In this document: piece after piece, positions 41,070 through 53,700 of the stretch
Layout of the letters: every line of letters begins with the position of its first letter
Position numbering within the stretch: position 1 is the first letter of the stretch
Source: Styela clava
Lineage: Eukaryota
Direction of reading: 5' to 3'
Length of the DNA stretch: 64,000 nt
Assembly: GCF_964204865.1 (NCBI RefSeq)
Contig: NC_135251.1
Span: 14,942,001 to 15,006,000, forward strand
The notes under the pieces: model-generated
What the model was told of the DNA's origin: nothing
Seen by the model: only the letters and a program-made list of their open reading frames with translations
Database searches by the model: none
Made by a program: the position numbers and the translations under genes

Positions 41070-42300
41070 AAGCCAGCAATGAGGTTGGTTAGCTGTAATT
41101 TCCATATATTTTTTTTACAGAAGTCGAATCAAGTGTTCCTATGACAGTGGTCCAATTCGTCACGTGAACGACGTACCGGTACTTAGCCGATTCTAAGCTC
41201 TGTTTTCTATTTTCATTCACAAATAACCTATCTTTCAAGACTCCGATCCAATTAATTTGCTATTGACAGCACATTTGAACCCATACATTTGCACCTGTAT
41301 ATCCGCGGGTTCAATCTATATGCGGGTGCTAAATTCCTGCAAATTTCCATAGGAGCAATACTATGCAGGTGCAATTGTCGTGGGTTAGGGTTCAAATGCA
41401 CGTAGGTTCAAATGTAATGGAACCATATTCCCATATCCTGTCTGCCCACTTGCCACATTCATTAGCGTTCTTCTTTACGTGCCCGAGCGCATCAGTACCT
41501 CGGGATATGTTTCAACATAGTGAACCAATTCATAGAAACTAGGCTATACATATATTTGAGTATTTAAAACTTGTAGTACCTTCTTTGTTGCAAATGAATT
41601 CGCCGAAATCTTCCTCGTCATATTTTCAATGTAATGCTGAATATGAACTACACCCAAGACATGTTTTCTGTAATTTCCTAAAATTTATTATCTATGATTA
41701 GATATGATATTTAGATGGAGAAGCCCAATAATTCAACAACTGATTAATTAAATCATTTATACCGGGTATAAATAGGATTTTGTTCTTTTTAAGCGTTTGT
41801 TCTGATTTAAATGTGAATTTGATATGAGTTACTGAGCCAATAAGATGTGTTCGCAATATCTATTGATTCATTATATACTATCGAGGAATTTTGAAACTGA
41901 CAGCATAAGAAGACTTTGAACACACATTTTTTAATTACCGTGAACCTATAGGTCGGAAAACAGTTGTGATCATCTGTTGGAGCTTCGGTAAGGTAAACTG
42001 TTCTTTTTGAAATGTTTACCCCTGTTCATTCAAGTTTCCTTCGTTGTTTCACTCAAACGTCTCAAAACTGTAAAAAAGTTAAATATATTAACAATCTAAA
42101 ACAGGATTAAAGAATTTGAAATTATTATTTCACGCGCTTCCGACTACAATTCATAGATAATTTTCATAAACACAAATAAACAGACAATTATTCGTGCGTG
42201 CAAGATTTTTAAACAGTCAATTTGATCGCGTATATGTGTGTATACATGTGTTTTTGTCTCCAGAAAAAAAAAGTTTACTTAGGATAATGGAGGATGTACC
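41070..42300 (-). pseudogene. Duplicated fragment of the O-FucT-like gene: exon 6 remnant plus flanking introns
   Basis: Collinear with 54660-56330. Exon-6 copy at ~41580-41678 has LHW>LH* and indels; exon 5 is missing. Confidence 0.8.
41271..41424. mobile_element. Small foldback element built from the GTTCAAATGT/GTGCAAATGT unit
   Basis: Inverted ACATTTGAACC..ACATTTGCACC / GGTTCAAATGC..GGTTCAAATGT; absent at the paralogous site (~54947-54961). Confidence 0.65.
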
Positions 42301-42839
42301 AAAACATTAGCAGCCATTGCTTGGTGGAACCTAACTGATGCGAGTGGAAAATAGTACTGCTTTTAAAATAGTGTGACATCCTGCTGTACATTAAATTTTT
42401 CAATAAATTTGGAAAACGACGGTAGAAGGCCTAGGCCTATATATTTCTTCATATAATTAAAGCATAAATATGTTCGGGCATCCTCAATGCCATTTTTCAA
42501 AATGTTTGAAATAGGTAAAACAAATAGCTTTAGATATATATAAAGAAGTAAAAATGTGGAATGATGACCAAGTGAGTTAAAAAGCATGCCTATCCAGCTC
42601 TTCAAAGCAATGTTGAAAGAACATTTGTTGTCAAAATATATATATTAAGATTGGATTTCCTCATGGTATCCATTGTCCCCAACCTAAATTTCAAATGGTC
42701 CTGTGACCATTTATAACCTATGTATTTCATCCTTAATAAAGTGTCTAAATAATTCTTAAAAAAATGTTGTGTATTTTCATTAGTATTGTATAATTTTTAT
42801 TTTACTCAATGTATTTTCATTATTATTATATGTTAAATT

Positions 42840-43066
42840 GGGGCTCCCGAAGTATGCGAACCAAGATGGCGGACATCGGAATGTAATATGTGTACTAGGT
42901 TAGGGTTAGGCCATAATTTTAGCTATAAATACTACGGGAGGCTCTTGGCTAGTCTTCGACCTGATAATAGGACTAAAATTGGAAAATAATAATCGCCTAA
43001 CCCTAACCTGTTACCCATGTTACGTTGCGATGTCCACCATCTTGGTTCGCATACTTCGGGAGTTCC
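42840..43066. mobile_element. Foldback MITE, 227 bp, 8-bp TSD, possibly Merlin-derived
   Basis: 30-bp TIR GG(GG/AA)CTCCCGAAGTATGCGAACCAAGATGG, extending imperfectly to ~70 bp; perfect TSD GTTAAATT at 42832-42839 and 43067-43074. Confidence 0.9.
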
Positions 43067-43819
43067 GTTAAATTTTCATTACCAGCGTCCACAAGCCAGT
43101 CATTTTTGCTCAATCGATATTATGATTGCTTATTTCAGCATTTATACCTTAACTAAGAACTAACTATTTTCAACCAATCTTTACATTTGAAATCCCAGCC
43201 TAGTGTCGCTGAAGTGGGGAATACCCTGATCATCTTATGCTCTCATGGCTTTCTAATATGAACTCAAATATTTAGTAGTCCCCAAATATATTAGTTGATT
43301 GATTTTTTTATACAGTATAAAAGCTATACTCTCGACAAAAAACATTAACTGAACTCCTCGATCTTTTTAATTAGATGCTAGATCCTTGAGTGTCACTGCT
43401 CGATAACCAAATTCCTTGCGACTGTTTGTTTATCTTTTCTCTTCGTATTTTTTCGAAACTATTTTACTGGATGGAAAAAATAAACTTGACTTGATAGGAC
43501 GAAACTACATGATATTTGATAAAAAATTTTACATCTCGTATATGTCAAAATGTTGCTACAAACTGTGCCCGACTTTGGCTTTTACCGCTTTCGTTCAAAT
43601 AGACTTTGTTATTACTGTATATATTCCTAGCTCAGATTTAGGACAAAGCATATATAAAATCGGGAACAAATTTAGACTATCAAATTTACTATGCTAGTGA
43701 AGGGCATACGATAATGAGGGTTGGGTGTGACAAAATCTGTAGTCAGTTTTTTTTTTTTTGGAAGCACTCTCTAAACTAAAGTCTATTCCCGTAAATACGA
43801 ATAATTAAATAATAATTAA

Positions 43820-44100
43820 TTATTGGACACGTCAGTGTACATAACGATCTTTTCAATATTATGTCGTTGTTCTTGTTATTCTTCCCCTTCGTCATGATGG
43901 AATCGCTTTTCTCTTCGAGTACTGGACCAATTGCTTTGAAATTTCCAGTGGGTAAAGATTGATTTTTTTGCTAGAAGGCTATTACTTTTTCCTCTTTCAA
44001 AAATTTCTGTGGACTCCGAGAGATTCGTTTTTTATGTGTCAGAACAAAAAATAGCGACACCTTGTGACGTATCCATATATTTGAGCATAGCTCTCTTGTT
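43820..44100. repeat. Dispersed MITE-like family; relatives at ~14780-15060, 27690-28040, 34100-34400, 46900-47190, 48230-48350 and 54840-54871
   Basis: Shared blocks CCAATTGCTTTGAAATTT..AGTGGTTAAAGATTG..AGAAGGCTATT and (C)GTGTCCATATATTTGAGCATAGCTCTCTTG recur on both strands. Confidence 0.7.
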
Positions 44101-44512
44101 AATTCAAATATCAATAAATATATTTATATATATACGGTATATTTCAACCCGAATAGTTTATTGCAAAACATTCTTATTCTCTGTAATTAATGATATTTAT
44201 TTATTATATTTTTACGTGCTACTCTTTGTAGTTGAACCGCTAAATATATCCCAAAACCGCAATTTTATACTCAAAATATAGAGACAATCTTAAAATACAC
44301 ACGTATAGAAGGGAAACTAAAATGAGAAAAATGGAGATTTTGAAAGGCAATTGAAACAAAAACTTATATCATTACACACCTACATTATAATTAATCTAAC
44401 TGAGCATTCATAAAACGCTTTGGAGTATATGTATATAATGGAAAAGGAAAAACTATTGACCCAAAATTTTCATTCCTACTTTTTTTTCTTATTCTGGTCT
44501 GTTTTCCGATAT

Positions 44513-46121
44513 TTATTCTACGGGAGAGGGACGGACGACACTGGATGACTTCCTCGACAATATTAACCGTAGTGAGTACAGTCCAAAAAAGAATGAATGG
44601 CCGATAATGCATCCTAACGTACATCCAGCAACTCCTATACCAGCAGCTAAGCCGGGGTGATTTGCCCAATCGATAAGAGCATAAACAGCTGATGTAACTC
44701 CAGCGAAATGAAAAATCAACGTTGCCGTAAAGTAGGCGACAGAAAAAGTAAATGGATAAACAACGTGGAAAAGACGCATAGGGAAAGCTACTACAAATAC
44801 ATCAATTACACTTAATACTACGTTTATGCCATGAGTATGGTAACTAAATGCAATAGGAGGATTACTTCGAAAGGCGGCCCAATACAAAACGGTGACAATA
44901 ACATTAAAAGTTTGCATCACCGAATGGAAGACCCACATAGAATCTCGTAGAGCTTTTGTTGATTCTGTAGAGACAAAAGTAATGATTACTTAATAAAGTC
45001 AAATTTCTGATTTGTTAAGATTTATTGTTTGCACTAGTAGAATAATATCAGGTTAACACGCGGTAACTTAATTCGAACTTAATATCTTAATTTGCATTAT
45101 AGGGACTCTCGGTGACTGTTTTATGACTTGGGTGTACAAAGATGTGAGAATCCCTGGTCCATCAAGGATCTCGGGACTCGTTTGTACTACTACACTACAA
45201 CTAAACCTGGTAGCAACCGCATGTATATTAGAAACATGATTCGTGGGTCCACTTGGTGTCCAATAGATTGCTAATTAGGCTATAGGGAAAACAGTATAAG
45301 TATACAGGTACAGTATAACACCGAGAACATAAGAAAACATCGTAAATAAAAAAGCCATCTGAAAAAGTGGTGCTGATCCGGTCCGGTTGAAATTGTTTGT
45401 CAGATAAATTTTGCAAATGTCCACAATGAAAATTTGTTTTTAACCAGTGGAACTCAAAATGCAACAAAGGCTTAAACAGATGAAAACAAAAGTTGTGTTA
45501 AAACTTACGTTTTTTAATAGTTGTTCCGTCTTTTTGGTCAATCACTCCAACCATGGCGAGTGCTAGAGCTAAAGTGAAATATATTGTACTGAAGGTAAAT
45601 GCCCACGTAGTAAGAAACAGATAGGTTGTCGTTAGCGTCGTTGGTTCATATATACCAAAATAAATGTGGTACGCCATCCACCAGCCCAATTGGTAGGCCC
45701 ACGTGACGACACGGTAGACCAAAAATATTCTTCTACTCGGATTCCACTAAAAAGCAAAGTTTGTTATCAATATATCTTTTACAAGGAAATATACCCACAA
45801 ATGGCTATGTTTTACTAACTGTTGTTTTACTGTTTTTAGCATTAAATTATCATTTTGAAGATATAGATATTGTGGGAATATTAAAAGTGACATTCAAAAT
45901 TTGAACAATACACGACCCAAAATTGATTTACTTTTAATGGCAAAATCTCCTCCAGAATTCAAATTTATTTTTAGTTGAAATTCCTGAAACATGCCTAGTC
46001 TGGTGTATATACATAGAACACAACATACCTCAGTTCTATAAAACAAGTCGTTCTCACTTTCTGACGTATAAAATCCGAAGTTGCGGAGTTTAAACTGTGA
46101 GGAGCAAGTAGGCCTCTGCAT
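44513..46121 (-). CDS. Rolling-stone (rost)-like multi-pass membrane protein, 3 exons, 260 aa
   Basis: Exons 46121-46029, 45746-45509, 44964-44513; phase-consistent (783 nt). Motifs FKLRNFGF, FLVYR, YLFLTTW, VTVLYW, HTHGIN..ID..PMRLFHVVYP, VYALIDWANHPGLA and GH.FFFGLY; about six hydrophobic helices. Confidence 0.85.
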
Positions 46122-47763
46122 AATTGAGCTCTCTTTTCTCTATTAGTTCGTACAAACAAATATTAAATTAGCTTCCCCGTAGTTTCTGCCTTGTCATTTC
46201 TACCAGTTCAGCCATCGACGCTGACAAAATATATGGGGGGCAAATGTTAAAATAAACTCTATATATATTATATTGTTCTCCACGAAAAGAGGCAAGATAT
46301 CACGTTCGTTATTGTGAACACGTTCTCCATTGTAATATAAAATTTTATTTGAATTCATGACATCGGATATATCATGGTATGAGAAAGACCGAATGAAACT
46401 ATAGCTAGGCGATGATAGGCTACATAAATACCACAAAGAAATTGGCTCGTATGATTGATATCCTAATCTTACAACTATATATATATTGTATTGTTCAACG
46501 TTTTACCTAACTTCATGGTATCAATTAGTTTACTGGACGATATCACATTACTTATATCCTTATATTAATACGTTCGCAAGCCTCTCGTCTGAATATCATG
46601 AGCTCAGTTGTTTATCATGTTTTATCATAAAATGATAAAGGAATTTTGAAACTGATTCGTATAGACTAAATGTCATTAACTTACAACAATTTGGTCTACT
46701 CAACTTTAGAAAAAAGACAGGTATGTTCAAATATATGGGCACGAAAGCCAAAACGAAGTGGTACGTGTGCGCAATCTGTCACAGTAGACTACCGGTACCG
46801 CAGTGTTCACAACCTCGCCTGTCCACCAGGCACGAGTTCGCAAAGTCAAAACGGTAGACATTCCTCACAATGTCATGAAACGCATTCCAATGAATAAAAA
46901 TAAACAGCGGAATTTTAGATGAAATGTCATATCTCATTGAGAACATTGGCAAAAATAAAATAGCCTTCTAGAGACAATACCAATCTTTGACCACTGAACA
47001 TTTCAAAGCAATCGGCACATTATTTAAAAAAAAATCGAATTTATTTCATTAAAGAAATATACTTACAAGAAAATGTAAAATAAGAACAACAACAAAATAA
47101 TAACAAAAGTTAATATGTAGCCTAGCCCTAGAGTTCGTGTACAATAACTTCCAAATACATTAGTACCTACGTTTCAACAACAAACGACTGTAAAATCAGC
47201 TGTGATAAAAAGCTGCTCACAGAATTACAATTTTCAACATGTTGATTACGCTGACTTTTCGATATGCGTATTTTATATTGTGAAGATCTGAACATCCGAA
47301 TTTCAATATTTTGATACAAATGCATGACTACAAAATCACAAAAAAACTGTAATATGAAGTACATAAAATAAATACATTTAATAAATACAAAACGCTTTTA
47401 TAAATTAAATATTTTATATATAATTAAATTTACAATATTGCGCAGTCGCAATGTCTTCACAGTTTCTTGTAGAATAATTTGAACATGAGGCGGAATTGTG
47501 ACAGATTTACATTTGCCAAAGAACTTATTATTCTATCTAATCCAGCATCTTCAATAAAATACTCCAGTCTTCTATTGAAAATAGTAACTATTGACATCAA
47601 CAATCTTCAACCACTGGACATTTTGAAGCTATTTATTTAATAGTTAAGAAGTGAGGCGAATTTTTCACATCGACAAGACAAGGTGCACTATACATACAAA
47701 AATAGTTGGGCTTTTGCTCGTGCTGTGTTTTTGACAAGATTCTCTTGTTTCTATCCTTTTTAT

Positions 47764-50700
47764 CTAATTTACTAATACTGGAAGTTTTAGAGCCGCTACA
47801 TCAAATCTTCGCAAAGCATTGTCCGTGTTTGCCAAGTCCCGATTGAGAACTATATTGTCGGACCACGAAGAATAAACTGAACGCAGAAATACCTGTGAAA
47901 ATAATTGATAAGAGTTATCAGTTCTTTTGTGAATTTTTTTACGACAACATGGTATTCATGAATGAAGACGCGCGTTTTCACAACGATTTGTTCAGTTCAT
48001 TCTTGCTCGTAATATTCAATACTTTTGAGAATCGAAGAGGTCACCTAAGTGTTTGGACCACATCCTTAAACCACTAAAAACAAACACTAACAAGTAGTAC
48101 CGGTACGGGTATTCAATCTGACAAATAAGGAATGCCGGTACCGCACTCTTATTAACGACTGACGCGAATGCGGAACCGCTACATGGTTCGCAATTTTGAT
48201 TGACGCCATAGCACAAATAAAACAAATCCAATAGAGCCCACCGAAATTTTTGAAATAAAGAAAATTTCAAAGCAATTGGTAATGTAGTTAATGAGAAAAG
48301 CGATTTATTTACAACAATAAGAAGAAAAATAGCAACAAAAACGATCCATATGTACTTGATAAGAGTTATCAGTTCTTTTGTGAATTCCTTTACGACAACA
48401 TGATATTCATGAATGAAGACGCGCGTTTTTACAACGATCCGTTCAGTTCATTCTTGAACGTAATATTCAATACTTGTGAGAATAAAGAGTCGACCTAAGT
48501 GTTTGGACCGCTACCTTAAACTACTAAAAACAAACACTAACAAGTGGTACCGGTACGGGTATTCAATCTGACAAATCAGGTATGTCGGTACCGCACTCTT
48601 AACGACTAACGCGAATGCGGAACCGCCAATGAGAAAAGCAATTTTTTTTTCATAACAATAAGAAGAAAAATAGCAACAAAAACGATCAATATGTACATTG
48701 AGTGTCCAATAAGTGCCAAGGAACTCACAAACTGTATTTTGGCTTGGTGTGCTTTGATACATTGTTAAGAATCAACTTACCGAACTGCGAGTACATATCT
48801 CCATTTCAACAAGAGCTGAAAAATCGTTGTAATTTTCTCCCAGAAAGGAACAAGCCGTAATAAGTTCTGACTTCTCCACAAAACTTTCCAAATCGACTTG
48901 AGTAACGACTATCAAGTTTTTACTGTAAATTTGTATGTTTGTACGAAAGTTCAGTATTGCGATCACAAATATTCAAACAGGCAAAACAAAAATTGTTTGA
49001 GTTTAATTTAACAATCGGTATAGCATAGTATGAAAATTTTATTTAGACCAAGTCTAAACATGCACGGAAACGGGCGACTTATCTGTACAAACAAAAATTA
49101 CCTGATTAATTCATTTGTAAGATCACGAAGGAAATGAAGGGTTGATTGGGTTTTTGGTGTTGCTATGTATATATGTCGCACGTCACTTTTAGATTTTCCA
49201 TTTACGTATGAAATGTATTCTGTCATTGCTCTTCCCAAAGATTTGGGCAAAATTCTGTTCACTTTTTTGCACATTTCAGCTTGATTCTGATTACCGGTTC
49301 CTTCTAAAATAAATACAACAAAAATATTATGCTCCCCCAATGAGTGGAAGTGTTTACATTATCCACTACCGAATTTAGCATATCGCATTTGAGTGCGTGA
49401 CATAGTGCCTACGTCCTAAATTTACCATTGGGAACACTTTCTGATTATTATAAACGTACAGCACGATGTTGCTTACAACTTGTTGCGCAATGTGGAGAAA
49501 TATACTCTTCTCTTGGATAATATAAAGATAAAGCGGACACGAGGATATGAAGAAAAATCCTAGAAATCGGGTGTTTTTATTTCCAGGATTCCCTTGGTTA
49601 TCAACATAGAAACACAGACATATAATATCACGGGTTTCAAAAGTAAAATATTTCAATAATCTTCAATTTATGCAAATACGTAATTATTAAACGTTGTTGT
49701 TTTCAATTCTTCTGAATTAAATTCAGTTTATTTGCTAATCATCATACAAGGTTTGATCGGGAACATTGCGCATATATCACGTACAACGCTGAAATGCGTT
49801 GTTTATCACGTCACAATGTGCGAAATACCACGACTTCGGTACCAGAAGCAAAATGAATCTCAACACCCCCGTGTTTGACAGTAAATATTTTGCAAAATAT
49901 TGAAGTGACGTTACGGCTGTGAATTTTTCTGAAAAGTAGAAGATATGATCATTTATTATACGAATTCCCGATGCTCTAAGTTGAATTTTAAAGCCAGAAG
50001 TATTTTAGGTAAAATGCCATCATATTCGTATCTCAAAGCTAATAAGCGTTTTCCTGCCCATGTTTCAGCATTAATATCTCTAAAACGGTTGAAGATAGTT
50101 TGTCGCTGTGAATTTTTCCAAGTGGTATCATTCATGGTCTACAATCCGACCAAATCTCATCATCACACGTTTATCCAATATGACAGTAGTAGAGAGAATT
50201 TAGGAAGGTGTTTTTACATTGCAGAATCGCATCACCATTTTTTTTCCGAAATCACATTGCGTTTAGCCAGTGTTTCCCAAACTTTTTTTCTAGCAGCGCC
50301 CCCTTGGACAACTTGTTGGCCAATGAACGCTGAACGCCCCCTGACTAAAAAGATGAAAGATTTTTTTTTCCATATAATATTTAGTCTAATGAGGAGGATG
50401 AGCCTGGTGAAATGCCACCATCCTATTAATAGTCGGTATCATTTTAGTCAGAAACAGTCTTAAGTCTCCTCGTTTGACTATGTCAAGGCGGTTTCTCTTG
50501 TTATCCAGAAGCGCGGTCATGACACTGCACGTACGCTCTACCAAGTATGCGCTGGGAAAGGCAATGAAAAACTTTTTAACGCTATCCCACACGTGAGGAT
50601 ATTTCAACTTAATTTGATTTTGTACCCAGAACGATTGATACGAAACACTGAACTTTGGTTTGAGTTCAAAATCGCTTTGCAGTGTTATAAGTTCCTCCTC

Positions 50701-53700
50701 AAGAATTCCATGTTCAAAAATATTATTGGATAGGTCTATTATCCATGGCGGAATAGCCAATTGAAATACATCCTTGAAACGAACATCACATGTCATTGGG
50801 TAATTCTTGAAGATGCTTTCTGTAATTATCTATGTCACTATTAGGTATGCTCCTGCCACTAGGGTCTATTTGTTCTAGGCTCAAAAATTGAAAAAATTCT
50901 CGCCGAGATAAATTTTGCTCATAAACCACAAGTAGGGCTGGGCATTTTCGAAACACTGGTGTTTCGAAATCGAAACGAAATTTTGCCTTCGAAACGAAAC
51001 GAAACGAAACACACGTTTGTCAAAAACAATAAAACCATTATTACCCATCGAATTTAATGTATAATTGCACATATTTTCAAGAATTAAAACCACAAAAACG
51101 AAGCACTCGAAGCTATATCGAGAGCATGAAACGGTAATGAAAATTCAATGAAGGTTTCTGCTAATGACAAAGCAGTGACCAAATTGCATCAGAATAATCA
51201 TTACGAATTACGTCATTGTTAGAGATAGGGCTCACAAGCAGCATGGATAGCATGGGGCCTCTCAACGTATCAATGCGACCCTGCGCTGATCTTATGTAAT
51301 AATTGGGATCATTTTTTATATTATCCGATGTCACAGAGCCTTGTGATCCAGCCACAATCGAATACTTGACTAATACATTTTAAAAAATATCTTTGAATCT
51401 GAATTCCAAATACATTCTTAACTCCATGAACACAGGAAATTGGCTTTCATGATATTATCGTTGATTGAAATTAGCTACAACTAGGCGCCAGAGAAATGTT
51501 TTAAATTATACAGTAAAATTAACATAAATTCGGATTTTTGTCCAGGAGAACTTTCGTTGTGACTGTTTATCGTCAGCGTGACATCAACATCGTTAAGCTA
51601 AATTCCGCCCCCCACAAATTTTGACTGTTTATTTTGCTTACAACGCGATTATCGTCGTAATCAAATGAGTCGACCCAATTCACAAATTTCCATCCGCCAA
51701 TGACGGAGAGTTAAGACTGAAAATCGTGTTTCATTTTTCTTCAAGTCAGTTCTGATTTAAATATTTCACGTCGACTGTTATGCTTTTATTATTTCTTATG
51801 AATTAATACCGCAAACTTGCACTGAACTATATTATTATTAACGAAGCCAGTGTAACAATAAAATCTGCGATAGATACTAAATGATATTTAAGAGCTAGTT
51901 TATATGGGGCAAATGCAGGAAATGCTCGGTCACTATAGAAACTAAGGATGAAAAAGATTAATTACGACAAAATTTGATTTTAGATTTATTGCCGCAGTAA
52001 CCCAGACTATCTCGACTATGTTGAAATATACGATAATAATTGTAAAATATTTTCATTCAAAAACTCCCACGACATGTTATAAATACTGTATATTCGGATA
52101 TGAAATTCGACTCGGACATCGCTGAATGATATTTTGACCGATTTCAGATTGTTTTTGCTAACACGTCATAATGTCCGTTTCGGAAGTCGAAACAGCGCCG
52201 TTTCGACATATCAGTGTTTCGAAACGTATCGAAACAGTGTTTCGAAACGCCCAGCCCTAACCACAACCCACAAGGTTCAATATTGAATCCAAACACAGCC
52301 GATTTCACTTTTATGTCGTCTCCTTGAAGAGATAAATTCAGTGCATTAAATTTGGAAAATATGTCTGCCAAGTAAGCAATATCATTTTTGACCACTATAA
52401 CATCTTTCGCGAGACTCGGATCGCAAGTTTATCGGAATTCAACAACAGTGTCGAAAAGTGAGTAAAATCGTCTGTCTGCCAAGTAAGCAATATCATTTTT
52501 GACCACTATAACATCTTTCGCGAGACTCGGATCGCAAGTTTATCGGAATTCAACAACAGTGTCGAAAAGTGAGTAAAATCGGGTAAGGCAGTTCCCCTTG
52601 GAAAGCCCTCTATCTTCTATATCAGAGGCCATTTCATCAACTCGTCTCTGTACTGTATTATTGCTCAATGGAATAGACTTGATAATTGTAGAATTCAAAA
52701 CTTCCTTTACTGATGCTAGAATTAATTCTTCACCAATCTTATGCGGTTTGCCCTTTTTGCTATCATCAAAGACAAATTGTAAGTATAAACCATCATCGCT
52801 TTTCTGGGATAAATTAGAAGTCATATTACCAATGGTTTTTCGCTTCTTTAAATTATCCCAGAGTGTACGAAAAATGCAACATTTTCGTCTGCTTCATCCG
52901 GATGAATTTTTGTTAAATGCTGGGAACGCCTGGGCGGTTTCATCGCTTCATTAGAAAAGGTTGTTGCACACAGCAAACACATCGGTTGCGAATCAGAATT
53001 TGGGTTGGTAATGAATCCATATCAGAGGTAACTTGTGCTATATTGCCTACATTTTCGCTTCGGCAAACTCATTGCGATGCTTCAAAATTAATTTTAATAT
53101 ACTGTTCTGATCTAAATCAGTTAAATGGCTTAGATCACTATCTTAGATAACATTAACTTATGCAACACGAATGGTTAAGTAATATCAGGTGGAGCATAAC
53201 ATTGCAAGTGTCGCAACAGGCTAGATCTGAAACTTTGTCGTTTGCCAAGTCAAGTAGCCTAGTTATTCAATGGCCCCAAACGAATAATGAATGGACCAGT
53301 TGGGTCGCAACGTAGAAATGTCCTACCTTGAAACGCGGCAGTAAAATAAAACTGCGAGTTAATTTGAAAATAAACAACAAAACATGCCGGACAGAAGAAG
53401 AAAGACAGCGACGAATGAAGCATTATTATACGGCTGTCATGCGCCAGACTAGTAATATTACGAAACAATGCGGAATGAATAGAAAAAAAAAAGTCATAAG
53501 GTATTACGTCAAATGAGATCCATCACACCAAAATTACGAGAAAACCTGGTCAAACAAATCACATAACTGAAGTAAATGAAACTATATTATGCTTGTTGTC
53601 AGCGCCCCCAATCGCCCAGTTTAATATCCATCGCTCCCCCAATTTGAAGTCAGCGCCCCCTCAATTGTTGCAAACGCCCACTTTGGGAATCGCTGGTTCA

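Noticed and set aside
46122-47763. O-FucT and rolling-stone as a second operon
   Set aside because: Same strand, but O-FucT has an AATAAA at 47637-47632, about 1.5 kb above the rost ATG, with repeats in between. No abutting poly(A)/acceptor junction was seen.
49945-50463. 172-aa plus-strand ORF
   Set aside because: Runs across the TIR of the Buster element and antisense to its transposase end; composition is not protein-like.
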